Positions 1-9,730 of a stretch of DNA of 32,000 bases are shown here, in pieces. Origin of the DNA: Candidatus Scalinduaceae bacterium. Lineage in GTDB: Bacteria > Planctomycetota > Brocadiia > Brocadiales > Scalinduaceae. Location: positions 4,625 to 36,624 of the forward strand of contig JBHICG010000025.1 of NCBI GenBank assembly GCA_046759445.1. The letters are read 5' to 3'. The position numbers and the translations under genes were made by a program. Under the pieces are notes generated by a model. The model did no database searches and was not told the DNA's origin. It was given only the letters and a program-made list of their open reading frames with translations. Each line of letters begins with the position of its first letter. Positions within the stretch are counted from its first letter, which is position 1.

Positions 1-1268
1 AGTACCATTTTTTTTATTTCTTTGTTATCATTCATAAGCTTATCATACTCCGCTAAAGGCATTTCATCAGACACATAAATGGTCTTATCATTAAGTGACT
101 TTATTTCTTCCTGATACATATCAATTTTAAAGAATTGATTGAAAACGTTTTTCACAGCCTTTCTTATGATCTTTTGAAGGATTGCATCTTCCCGCTCATC
201 ATCCATAGTCGTGTCCAGTTCAACCTTGCCTCTTGAAGAAGCAAAAATATGTCTTAAATCGCTTATTCTTGGCACTGCATCTTTTTCACCCACTCTGATA
301 GCTCGACGTTCCGCATTACTTATTAGTATCTCATAATTGCAGATAGACATCCTTGCGCTTACGCCTGATGATTGGTTTATTTCCTCACTGTCCCTCGCTA
401 TGTGTGAAATCTCCTCAATTATCTCCTTCATAAAACCTGGCACTTTTACTTTAATACCGCAATTTCTATCGATCCAGGCATTTTGTTCTATAATTTTTAT
501 ACCATCGTTACGAGTTAATGGATAATGAGTCGTTATTACGGAACCAATCCTGTCTTTAAGTGGGGTAACTATTCTTCCTCTATTCGTGTAATCTTCGGGG
601 TTAGCTGAAAAGACAATCATCACATCAAGAGGCAGTCTGACAGGATACCCCCTAATCTGTATATCTCTCTCCTGTAATACGTTAAACAGGCTTACCTGTA
701 TCTTTGGAGAAAGATCTGGCAACTCATTTATGGCAAGAATTCCCCTGTTAGTTCTTGGAATTAGACCAAAGTGCATTGTTAATTCACTTGAAAGGTATTT
801 ACCTTCCGCAACTTTCACCAGGTCTATCTCTCCAATCAAATCTGCAACCGTAACATCTGGTGTAGCCAGTTTCTCTCTATATCTGTATCCTTGAGACAAC
901 CAGGTTATTTCAGTATAGTCGCCATGCTCATTAATTTTTTCCGTGCATGCCCTGCAAACAGGGTGGAAAGGGTTGTCATTAATTTCGCAACCCTTAATAA
1001 TTGGAATCTCATCATCTAACAGGTTTATCAAGTTTCTCAAAATTCTTGTTTTTGCCTGTCCACGAAGACCAAGAAGTAGAATATCATGTTTGGAAAAAAT
1101 TGCATTTTCAATCTGAGGTATCACAGTATCATCGTAACCAATAATACCGGGAAAAAATTCCTTCTTTTCTTGTAATCCCATTATCAGATTTTTTCTCATC
1201 TCATCCTTAATAGATAATACTTTGTGACCAGATTCTCTTAATTCCTTGATTGTTTTTGGCTTTTTCAT
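1..1268 (-). CDS. AAA+ ATPase, Mg-chelatase ChlI/MoxR-like (partial; C-terminus lies beyond the window start)
   Basis: Absent from the ORF track because it has no stop in the window. My reverse-complement translation from the ATG (complement of 1266-1268) reads MKKPKTIKELRESGHKVLSIKDEMRKNL...FPGIIGYDDTVIPQIENAIFSKHDILLLGLRGQAKTRILRNL (P-loop-like GxxGxAKT)...NRGILAINELPDL (Walker B-like)...VFSANPEDYTNRGRIVTPLKDR, and stays open to position 1. It has a Cys-rich insert, CEINDNPFHPVCRAC. Family assignment is by motif recall only. Confidence 0.55.
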   Translation of the reverse strand, partial: MKKPKTIKELRESGHKVLSIKDEMRKNLIMGLQEKKEFFPGIIGYDDTVIPQIENAIFSKHDILLLGLRGQAKTRILRNLINLLDDEIPIIKGCEINDNPFHPVCRACTEKINEHGDYTEITWLSQGYRYREKLATPDVTVADLIGEIDLVKVAEGKYLSSELTMHFGLIPRTNRGILAINELPDLSPKIQVSLFNVLQERDIQIRGYPVRLPLDVMIVFSANPEDYTNRGRIVTPLKDRIGSVITTHYPLTRNDGIKIIEQNAWIDRNCGIKVKVPGFMKEIIEEISHIARDSEEINQSSGVSARMSICNYEILISNAERRAIRVGEKDAVPRISDLRHIFASSRGKVELDTTMDDEREDAILQKIIRKAVKNVFNQFFKIDMYQEEIKSLNDKTIYVSDEMPLAEYDKLMNDNKEIKKMV

Positions 1269-1391
1269 ATTACTATATATTCCGGGAAATATTCTGTGCC
1301 TTATCACTAAATCTACGAGGAAGGGTTTTTACGTGAGGAAACGGTTTGGTAAGCTTTTCGTTTGGGTTGCTCCATTTTACCGAGCTATGTG

Positions 1392-3854
1392 TTATTCGTC
1401 CTTCTCGGTTTGTTCTGATGTTATTTCTTCTTTAATATTACTCATAGCCCGTGCAACGGATACTAATTTATCTTCCTCTTCTAATGAAATAAGTTTTACA
1501 CCTTGCGTATTGCGTCCGATTGCCCTGATGGAATTGATGGTAGTGCGAATTATCATTCCTTTCGCCGTAATCATCATAAGCTCATCTTCATCTCTCACAT
1601 TTTTTAAACCAATGACTTTGCCATTCCTTTCTGTTGTTTTGATATTAATAACACCTTGTCCCCCTCTTCGTTGTACATTGTATTCACTATATCCTGTCCT
1701 CTTCCCATATCCATTTTCACATACTGTCAGGAGTGTGGCTCCCTTGTCAACTATAACGATGTCTTTTACATTCTCATCTTCTTGCAACTCAATGCCTTTT
1801 ACTCCACGGGTTGCACGTCCCATGCATCTTACATCTTTTTCTGAAAACCTTATCGCTTTTCCTTTTTCAGTCCCAATTACAATTTCCTGTTCCCCATGTG
1901 TCAATTTCACTCCTATAAGTTTGTCACCACCATCAAGAAGTATAGCAATTATTCCACCTTTTTTAGGATGGCCAAAGGCACTAAGGACAGTCTTTTTTAT
2001 TATTCCATTTTTAGTTGCCATAATTAACATTCTATCATCAAACTTGCGAATGGGGATCATCGAAGAAACATTTTCACCCTTTTCTAAATTTAAAAGATTA
2101 ACTATTGCACGTCCCCTTGCCGTTCGTCCTAATTGTGGAATATCGTATACCTTTTGCCAATATACCTTACCCAGATCTGTAAAGAAAAGTATATAGTCAT
2201 GCGTTGAGGCGATAAAAAGATGTTCAACAAAATCCCCTTCTTTCATATCAGCGCCCGTAACACCTTTTCCCCCTCTATGTTGTTTCCTGTAAGTGCTTAA
2301 GGGCAATCGCTTCGTATACCCTTCGTGAGTAACTATAACTGTTACATCTTCTTCTGAAATAAGGTCTTCCATCTCAAACTCGCCAATCTCATCGATGATC
2401 TCTGTCCTTCGTGGATCTCCGAACTTCTCTTTTATTTCATTCATATCTTTTCTGATAATATCTAAAACCAGTTTTTCATCAGCCAGAATAGCCTTGTATT
2501 CCTTAATGTTTTCACAGATTTTTTTATATTCTTCTTCGATCTTTGTTTGCTCGAGGTTTGTTAACCGTTGAAGTTTCATATCAAGGATCGCATTTGCTTG
2601 TACTTCTGTTAAGGAAAATTTAGACATTAATGAGCTTCTTGCCTCTTCGGCATTTTTAGAAGACCTGATCACCTTGATTACCTCATCTATGATTTTAAGT
2701 GCAATCCTCAATCCTTCCAGTATATGAGCTCTTTCTTCAGCACGAGCTAATAGGAAACGTGTTCTACGTCTAATAACATCCTTTCTATGATCGACATAAG
2801 CAACGATTATTTGCTTCAGGTTCAATGTTTGAGGTCGATTGTTTATTAAGGCAATCATAATTATACTATAAGAGTCTTGCAGTTTTGTGTGTTTATATAG
2901 CTGATTAAGTACAACTTCCTCTTCTACACCTTTTTTCACATCAATTACAATCCTGCTTCCTTCTCTATCACTTTCATTTCTAACATCTGTTATACCCTTT
3001 ATCAGTTCATCTTTAACTAATTCTGCTATTCTTTCTATTATCCTATCTCTATTAAGTTGATATGGTATTTCTGTAATAACTATATTCTTTTTGCCGCTCT
3101 CAGTCGTTTCAATATGCGCCCTTGCCCTAACAGTTATCGTGCCGCGACCGCTTTTGTACCCTTCCTTAATGCCCTTTGTACCAGATATTAGTGCGCCAGT
3201 GGGAAAGTCGGGACCTTTTATTATATCCATAAGTTCATCTATTGTTACATCTGGACTATTAATAACTTTTACTATACCCTCACATACCTCATTAACATTA
3301 TGCGGTGGTATGCTTGTGGCCATACCCACTGCAATACCTGAACTACCGTTGCAAAGAAGGTTTGGAAATCTTGAAGGAATTACAACTGGTTCCATGCGGG
3401 TTTCGTCATAATTAGGAACGAAATTGACTGTATTCTGCTTAATGTCTTCCATCATCACAGTTGAAGCATATGCCATCCTGGCCTCAGTATATCTCATTGC
3501 TGCAGGCGGATCACCGTCTATTGATCCAAAATTACCCTGCCCATTTATTAGGGTGTATCTACAGTTGAAGTCTTGAGCCATACGTACTAGTGTAGGGTAT
3601 ACTACCTGCTCACCATGCGGATGATAATTTCCCGTTGTATCACCACAGATCTTTGCACATTTCCTAAACTTGGATGTCGGGCCGAGGCCAAGATCATTCA
3701 TTGCAACGAGTATTCTTCTTTGCGATGGTTTCAAACCATCTCGCACATCAGGTAACGCCCGACTCATTATTACGCTCATTGCAAATGTCAAATACGAATT
3801 CTTCATTTCCTCTTCAATGAGGATGTCTTTTATGTTTCCCTTTTTTTCTATCAT
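1392..3854 (-). CDS. gyrA: DNA gyrase subunit A
   Basis: 820 aa. The N-terminus SYLTFAMSVIMSRALPDVRDGLKPSQRRIL is typical of GyrA/ParC. Active-site Tyr context AAMRYTEARM. GyrA-box-like QHRGGKGVTG in the C-terminal beta-pinwheel region favours GyrA over ParC. Confidence 0.95.
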   Translation of the reverse strand: MIEKKGNIKDILIEEEMKNSYLTFAMSVIMSRALPDVRDGLKPSQRRILVAMNDLGLGPTSKFRKCAKICGDTTGNYHPHGEQVVYPTLVRMAQDFNCRYTLINGQGNFGSIDGDPPAAMRYTEARMAYASTVMMEDIKQNTVNFVPNYDETRMEPVVIPSRFPNLLCNGSSGIAVGMATSIPPHNVNEVCEGIVKVINSPDVTIDELMDIIKGPDFPTGALISGTKGIKEGYKSGRGTITVRARAHIETTESGKKNIVITEIPYQLNRDRIIERIAELVKDELIKGITDVRNESDREGSRIVIDVKKGVEEEVVLNQLYKHTKLQDSYSIIMIALINNRPQTLNLKQIIVAYVDHRKDVIRRRTRFLLARAEERAHILEGLRIALKIIDEVIKVIRSSKNAEEARSSLMSKFSLTEVQANAILDMKLQRLTNLEQTKIEEEYKKICENIKEYKAILADEKLVLDIIRKDMNEIKEKFGDPRRTEIIDEIGEFEMEDLISEEDVTVIVTHEGYTKRLPLSTYRKQHRGGKGVTGADMKEGDFVEHLFIASTHDYILFFTDLGKVYWQKVYDIPQLGRTARGRAIVNLLNLEKGENVSSMIPIRKFDDRMLIMATKNGIIKKTVLSAFGHPKKGGIIAILLDGGDKLIGVKLTHGEQEIVIGTEKGKAIRFSEKDVRCMGRATRGVKGIELQEDENVKDIVIVDKGATLLTVCENGYGKRTGYSEYNVQRRGGQGVINIKTTERNGKVIGLKNVRDEDELMMITAKGMIIRTTINSIRAIGRNTQGVKLISLEEEDKLVSVARAMSNIKEEITSEQTEKDE

Positions 3855-4029
3855 TTCATTTCCTATTTATATACTCTTTAACTTATTATCCAGCCACAAA
3901 GAAATAGATACTTCTGGTTAAGTTGTTAGGCAAAGACAAAGATGCCAGTTTGGCCTATGGGTTAAGTAGTTGATCTCCTTATCCCAACATTAGTGTCTTC
4001 GTGCGCGGCCGAGTAGTTACAAATTTAAT

Positions 4030-4674
4030 TTACCAGAAATTGAACCTTTCTTGTTCCTCTTTCACAGTAGTAGATGAACCGTGCCCAGGATGAATGAGAG
4101 TTTCTTTATCAAGTGTAAAAACATGGTTTTTTATTGATTCTATAAGCAGGTCATAGTTACCACCTGGTAAATCGGTTCGGCCAATACCTCCTGCAAAAAG
4201 AGTATCTCCTGAAAATAATATTGGAGCTTCACCATTGCTTGTTGAATCAGTATATATCCCTATTCCTCCAGGTGTATGACCAGGGAGGTGCAAAACACTG
4301 AAGACATACTCATCAAACATAATCTTGTCATTGTGATTTAGGATTCGGTTTGCTGGTGGAGATGTATATCTTTTCCCTCCTAGAAGAGAAAGATTCTTAA
4401 ATGGATCAGTTAACATCTCGGCATCGTCAATATGAATGCAGATTTGAATGTCTGGAAACTTCCTCTTTAACTCCTTGTTACCTCCTATATGGTCGCCATG
4501 GCCATGAGTATTTATTAAAACAATTGGATTTAGATCCTTTTCGGCCAGACAGCCAATTATTCTCTCTGTGTCTCCTCCTGGGTCTATAATAATAGCATCT
4601 GAATAATTTCTTAAAGAAATTATGTAACAACAAGCTTCCAGAGGTCCAACTTTTAATAATTGAATATCTAACAT
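4030..4674 (-). CDS. MBL-fold metallo-hydrolase (hydroxyacylglutathione hydrolase-like)
   Basis: 214 aa with the HxHxDH metal-binding motif (NTHGHGDHIGG), later LPGHTPGG and a GDTLF segment, as in glyoxalase II-like MBL proteins. Substrate cannot be inferred. Confidence 0.8.
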   Translation of the reverse strand: MLDIQLLKVGPLEACCYIISLRNYSDAIIIDPGGDTERIIGCLAEKDLNPIVLINTHGHGDHIGGNKELKRKFPDIQICIHIDDAEMLTDPFKNLSLLGGKRYTSPPANRILNHNDKIMFDEYVFSVLHLPGHTPGGIGIYTDSTSNGEAPILFSGDTLFAGGIGRTDLPGGNYDLLIESIKNHVFTLDKETLIHPGHGSSTTVKEEQERFNFW

Positions 4675-4755
4675 AATCTGATCACTGCAAAAGGCACGGC
4701 ACTTAAAAACGTCTCGGGAGTTCTTATAAAACGAGATTAGAATACATTTGTATTT

Positions 4756-5964
4756 TTATCGTCTTCGTGAAGTGCCGCTATATTTGATATATCGATTTAT
4801 TATTTGCTTAACATCACAAGTCTTTTCATCTTTATCCAAACCGATGATTTTCCTTTCCCTGGTTGCGCTTTTAGTAGAATCAGATGCGTGTACGGCATTT
4901 CTCAGTATGTCCAGTCCATAAAACCTCCTGATACTAGAATACCTTGCCTTTTTTGGATCAGTGGCGCCTAAAAGTTCTCGAATAGTCTTAATTATATTTA
5001 TGCCCTGGTACAATATAGCAAGACAGATAGTATTCTTCCCATCTTCAGTTTTCTTGGTTTCAGCAAAGGCAGAAGGTGCGCGGCCTGTCATATACTGTAG
5101 TATATTGCCGAATTCACCTCTTACGGTAGGTTCCTTGAGTTGATCGGCCAATTTATTCAGGATAGCATCATTCAGCTCAAAAGGAAAATCCTGCTTGTTT
5201 AACGCTGTCTTCAACTTTTCAACCAGTTTCGGTTTAAATTTATCTTCGAAACTATCATAAAAGAAATCTTTCACAGGTGCATAAAATTCTTCTGCCTGTT
5301 TAGTGCTCATGTCAATAAGTTTTATTCCAACAATAAAGAAACCGGTCCTTGCAATCATATCTATTATGTTTCCAGGACGCGGATCATGCTTTTCAAATGG
5401 TTTTAGGATTATGAGCGAAGTTTCCGGTTTTTTGCCTTTACCAAAGTCTATAACCTTTTCTAAGACACCACCATCACTTAATGAATATTTTGCAAATAAA
5501 TTAAGTTGCTTAATGTTAGTAGCTTTATCTGCAGAAGTAAGGACTGCAGGCTCAAAATATTCAACTTTTCCGTTACCAGCTCTTATGCTGTCACCATATG
5601 TACCCCTAATCGTATTCCCCCTTAAAGGATCTGATGCGGATCCAATCACTTTATTATGGAGGATATTAACGGCATCCTCACCTTCAACAAGAAGAAGCAT
5701 GGCACGATTAGATATTCCAAGCTTGTTATTTTTCCTAAGTTTGTCATTTACATATTCTATCATGGCTTTTTTCCACAAAGGCTTCATTCTCCGCTTCTCA
5801 ATGGTTTCACAATACTCATCTAAAAACTTATCACTCGGGGTATACATTCTTGCACCAACAAGTTCCAGGTCAGACAAAGAAAGAAGCCTGCTGATTATGC
5901 CACCCGTTCTACTCTTTAATAAGCTATACGGCGTTATTAGTGCATAAGTTAATTCTTTTGCCAT
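4756..5964 (-). CDS. Tandem nucleoside-diphosphate-kinase-like domain protein
   Basis: 402 aa. Two NDK-like openings: LTYALITPYSLLKSRTGGIISRLL and TSLIILKPFEKHDPRPGNIIDMIARTGFFIVG. The C-terminal domain keeps the NDK catalytic signature RNAVHASDSTKSATRE. The N-terminal copy reads PAVLTSADKATNI at the equivalent place, with no His. Confidence 0.5.
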   Translation of the reverse strand: MAKELTYALITPYSLLKSRTGGIISRLLSLSDLELVGARMYTPSDKFLDEYCETIEKRRMKPLWKKAMIEYVNDKLRKNNKLGISNRAMLLLVEGEDAVNILHNKVIGSASDPLRGNTIRGTYGDSIRAGNGKVEYFEPAVLTSADKATNIKQLNLFAKYSLSDGGVLEKVIDFGKGKKPETSLIILKPFEKHDPRPGNIIDMIARTGFFIVGIKLIDMSTKQAEEFYAPVKDFFYDSFEDKFKPKLVEKLKTALNKQDFPFELNDAILNKLADQLKEPTVRGEFGNILQYMTGRAPSAFAETKKTEDGKNTICLAILYQGINIIKTIRELLGATDPKKARYSSIRRFYGLDILRNAVHASDSTKSATRERKIIGLDKDEKTCDVKQIINRYIKYSGTSRRR

Positions 5965-6148
5965 ATTTTCCTATACCTTCCTTCATCTAATTTATATCTG
6001 GATTAAGGGAATTGGCGACAAATAACATTAACAATATTATTTTTGAAATTATGGTATCGTATAAGTCCTTTTTACATTTTACAAATAATCGAGTTATCAA
6101 GAGCTAAAATTTTTCATGTTATTTATTGCCAATTCCTAAACATAACCT

Positions 6149-9100
6149 TCACATACTCTTTGAGACCAGACATCCTTCTCCAATAAGATTTCCTATTCCA
6201 TTAAACACCTTTTCGTTTAAAGTAACAGAATACTCTTCAGATGTTTTTATCTTTACAGATTTTTCGCCAGGTATCTCGAATTCTATAAATACAGGACAAT
6301 GCCCTTTATTTGTTGATAAGATTTTTTTTAAACGAGAGAGAACGTCATCATTAATTTGTGAATATTTTAGCTTTATTATAGCATTCTTGGGTGATTTGTT
6401 CTCTATTATTTTTTCTATATCTTCCGGAGTAATTATTTCTGTAACCCTTATAGAGGGTTCAGTATCTCTAAAACCAACTTTCCCTTTAATAAAAACCACC
6501 TCATCGGCATGAAGTAAATTATTGAGAGCGGTCAATTTCTTTTCGAATAATACGCACTTCACTATTCCTTCCATGTCTTCAATCGTAAAATATACAATTG
6601 GTTTGCCTTTTTTAGTGGTTGTATTGTTAATACTATCAATTATCCCTCCTATCAAGACTTCGGAACCTTCAGATGTTTCAGGCAGATTTCCGGCTGAAGT
6701 ATCTGAATATTTTTCTATTACTTTCTTATACCTTTTTAATGGATGAGAACTAACATAGAGGCCCAATGCCTCCTTTTCTGCTTTAAGTAACTGTTTTTCA
6801 GACCATTTCTCAGTATCAGTTAATTGTTGAAAAGAACTTGAATTTACTGTGTTTTCTTGTGTGCCAAAAAGGCTCATTTGACCCATACGCCGGTCTCTGT
6901 TTGATTGAGCTCCAATTTGCAACAATGTATCTATTCCTTCAAAGAATTGGGCCCTGTATCCTGGCAAAGCATCAAAGCAACCTGATTTGATAAGGTTTTC
7001 CATTACCTGTTTATTTACCAGACGTAAGTCTACACGTTCACAAAAGTCAAATATCGAAGAAAATTCTCCATCATTTTTTCTTGCTGTTATGATTGATTCT
7101 ATTGCCTTTTCACCAACATTCTTTATTGCCCCAAGACCGAACCTTATCTTTTTATCTGATACTATTGTAAAATCAGAATAGCTCTCATTTATGCATGGTG
7201 GTAGTAATTCTATGTCCATTCGATGACATTCATGCATATAGTCTACTATCTTTACGTTATTTTGCTTTTCACACGTCATCTGTGCGGCCATATACTGAGT
7301 AGGATAGTTTGCTTTTAAATAAGCCGTCTGATAGCAAACCATGGCATAAGCAGCAGAGTGAGATTTATTAAACCCATAGCCTGCGAAGTGTTTCATTAGC
7401 TCGAAAATTTTCTCAGCAATATTTTTTGGTATTTTATTCTGTACTGATCCATTAATAAATTGGTTTTTGAATTTTGCCATAACCTCGGGCTTCTTCTTTC
7501 CCATTGCCTTTCTCAAACTGTCGGCTTCATTCAGGGTAAAGCCTCCCAGTCTGTTTGCGATGCGCATTACCTGCTCCTGATATACAATCAAGCCGTATGT
7601 TTCCTTGAGTAACGGCTCGAGCTTCTCATGAAAATATGAAACGGATTCTCTACCATGTCTGCAATTTATGAATGTATCTACCATTCCACTCTGTAATGGT
7701 CCAGGTCTGTATAAGGCAACTAGAGGTAATATATCTTCAAATTTATCAGGTTTGAGCTTTATTAATAAGTCCCTAAAACCTCTACTTGTCTCCACCTGAA
7801 AGACACCCTTAACATCCCCTCGAGACAGCAATTCGTATGTATTTTTATCATCCAATGGAATTTTACTGACATCAATGTCCTTACCGATTGTTGCCCTTAT
7901 CAGTTTAGTTGCCTTGTCAATAACAGTGAACTTCCGTACTCCAAGGAAATCTGCCTTTAATAGACCTATCTTATCCACAAGGGTTTCACCATCGAATTGT
8001 GTTATTACAACATCCTTATTTTTTGCCAAAGGAACGTAATTAGTTAATGGTTCATCGGAAATAACCACACCTGCCGCATGTGTAGAAGCATGCCTGCGTA
8101 ATCCTTCAAGCTTTGAAGAAATATTGAATAGTTCCTGAATTTGCTTCTCATTTTTATGCATGGATTTTAGTTCCGGTTCTTGCTCAAGAGCTTCCTGCAA
8201 TGTAATACCTAGAGTGGGTGGGATTAATTTCGCCACTTTATTAACAACAGGTAATGGTATATCCATTACTCTGCCAACATCTCTAACGACTGCTTTGGCC
8301 TTCATTGTGCCAAAGGTGATAATCTGAGCGACATTGTTGTCACCTCCATATCTATTTCGTACATATTGTATTATCTTATCTCTGCCCTCAGCACAGAAAT
8401 CAATATCCAGATCAGGCATAGAAAGCCTTTCAGAATTGAGGAATCTTTCAAACAGTAAATCATATTTTATAGGATCTATATTAGTAATTCCCAGTACATA
8501 GGCAACTAAACTACCTGCACCTGAACCACGTGCAATCGCTGGTATATGGTTTTTTCTTGCAAAATCAATGAAATCCCAGACTATTAGAAAATAATCAACA
8601 AAATTAGTCTCCTCTATTACGTTGAGTTCATGTTCTAATCTTTCATTTATTACGCTATCAAGCTTTTTGTATATTTCTAATGCACCGTGTTTGCAGAGTT
8701 CTCTAAGGAGATGTTTATTTGTCATACCGGGTTTGTAACAAATAGAATCTTCCTGTGGGTGAAACCTGGGCAGGCGCATTTCGTTTAAATTTAATTCAAT
8801 GCAGCATCTATCTGAGATTTTTGATGTATTCATTAACGCTTCGGGTATATCTTTAAAAATTTCTTCCATCTGTTTCTGAGACTTAAAGTAAAATTCATTG
8901 GTGCTTAAACGCATTCTTTTGGTGTCTTGCAAGAGCTTTCCTGTGTTTATACACAAGAGTGCGTCATGTGCAAAATAATCATCAGGGTTCATATAGTGTA
9001 CGTCATTTGTGGCAACTGTTTTCAATCCCAAATCCTGACTAATTCTTTTTGCCATATTTACTAACTCATCTTGTCTTTCAATTTTATTGTCTTGTAGTTC

Positions 9101-9619
9101 CACAAAATAATTGTCTGTACCAAAGATGTCCTTGTATTGAGATGCAGAATTTAAAGCCTTATCATAATCATTATTTAAAAGGTTTTGATTTATTTCGGAT
9201 TTCATACATCCACTCAGACAAATTATTCCTTTCGAATATTTATTTAATAATTCTTTGTCTATTCGGGGCTTATAATAGAAGCCTTCCAAATACGAGGATG
9301 AGGCTAATTTTAATAAATTTCTATATCCATCATTGTTTTCCGCTAAAAGTGTTAAATGGTATATTTTTTGTTTACCACCTTCTTTCGCAAATCTACTTTC
9401 CTGGGCGACATAAGACTCAAAACCGAGAATGGGTTTTATCCCATTTTTCCTTGCATATTCGTAAAACCCAATTGCCCCAAACATGTTACCATGGTCTGTC
9501 AATGCCAGACTCTTCATGTTTAAAGCCTTGGTTTTGTCAACAAGATCATTAATCCTGCATGCACCGTCTAACAGGCTATAATCACTATGAACGTGCAAAT
9601 GTACAAAATTATTTTGCAT
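6149..9619 (-). CDS. dnaE: DNA polymerase III alpha subunit
   Basis: 1156 aa. N-terminal PHP domain FVHLHVHSDYSLLDGA and ALTDHGNMFG. Polymerase core motifs (MPDLDIDF, GLLKADFLG, YRPGP) and a C-terminal OB-fold region. Confidence 0.95.
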   Translation of the reverse strand: MQNNFVHLHVHSDYSLLDGACRINDLVDKTKALNMKSLALTDHGNMFGAIGFYEYARKNGIKPILGFESYVAQESRFAKEGGKQKIYHLTLLAENNDGYRNLLKLASSSYLEGFYYKPRIDKELLNKYSKGIICLSGCMKSEINQNLLNNDYDKALNSASQYKDIFGTDNYFVELQDNKIERQDELVNMAKRISQDLGLKTVATNDVHYMNPDDYFAHDALLCINTGKLLQDTKRMRLSTNEFYFKSQKQMEEIFKDIPEALMNTSKISDRCCIELNLNEMRLPRFHPQEDSICYKPGMTNKHLLRELCKHGALEIYKKLDSVINERLEHELNVIEETNFVDYFLIVWDFIDFARKNHIPAIARGSGAGSLVAYVLGITNIDPIKYDLLFERFLNSERLSMPDLDIDFCAEGRDKIIQYVRNRYGGDNNVAQIITFGTMKAKAVVRDVGRVMDIPLPVVNKVAKLIPPTLGITLQEALEQEPELKSMHKNEKQIQELFNISSKLEGLRRHASTHAAGVVISDEPLTNYVPLAKNKDVVITQFDGETLVDKIGLLKADFLGVRKFTVIDKATKLIRATIGKDIDVSKIPLDDKNTYELLSRGDVKGVFQVETSRGFRDLLIKLKPDKFEDILPLVALYRPGPLQSGMVDTFINCRHGRESVSYFHEKLEPLLKETYGLIVYQEQVMRIANRLGGFTLNEADSLRKAMGKKKPEVMAKFKNQFINGSVQNKIPKNIAEKIFELMKHFAGYGFNKSHSAAYAMVCYQTAYLKANYPTQYMAAQMTCEKQNNVKIVDYMHECHRMDIELLPPCINESYSDFTIVSDKKIRFGLGAIKNVGEKAIESIITARKNDGEFSSIFDFCERVDLRLVNKQVMENLIKSGCFDALPGYRAQFFEGIDTLLQIGAQSNRDRRMGQMSLFGTQENTVNSSSFQQLTDTEKWSEKQLLKAEKEALGLYVSSHPLKRYKKVIEKYSDTSAGNLPETSEGSEVLIGGIIDSINNTTTKKGKPIVYFTIEDMEGIVKCVLFEKKLTALNNLLHADEVVFIKGKVGFRDTEPSIRVTEIITPEDIEKIIENKSPKNAIIKLKYSQINDDVLSRLKKILSTNKGHCPVFIEFEIPGEKSVKIKTSEEYSVTLNEKVFNGIGNLIGEGCLVSKSM

Positions 9620-9730
9620 TAATTAGCTCTTCCTGTCGCTAATCTAAACTCATTTTGCGTATAAAAAAAATTCCAATCTCTATTTTACTCTTAAGCAACC
9701 ATTATATAACAATGCATAACATACTGTTTT

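Noticed and set aside
1246-2196. 316-aa plus-strand ORF
   Set aside because: It lies almost entirely antisense to the well-supported gyrA gene and the end of the ATPase gene. Its translation is low-complexity (Ser/Phe/Pro/Ile-rich) with no recognisable motif. This is the typical shadow ORF of an AT-rich coding region.
5303-5947. 214-aa plus-strand ORF
   Set aside because: It is antisense to the NDK-like gene, has hydrophobic low-complexity composition and no motifs.
9049-9552. 167-aa plus-strand ORF
   Set aside because: It lies entirely inside dnaE on the opposite strand, and dnaE homology is continuous through this region.
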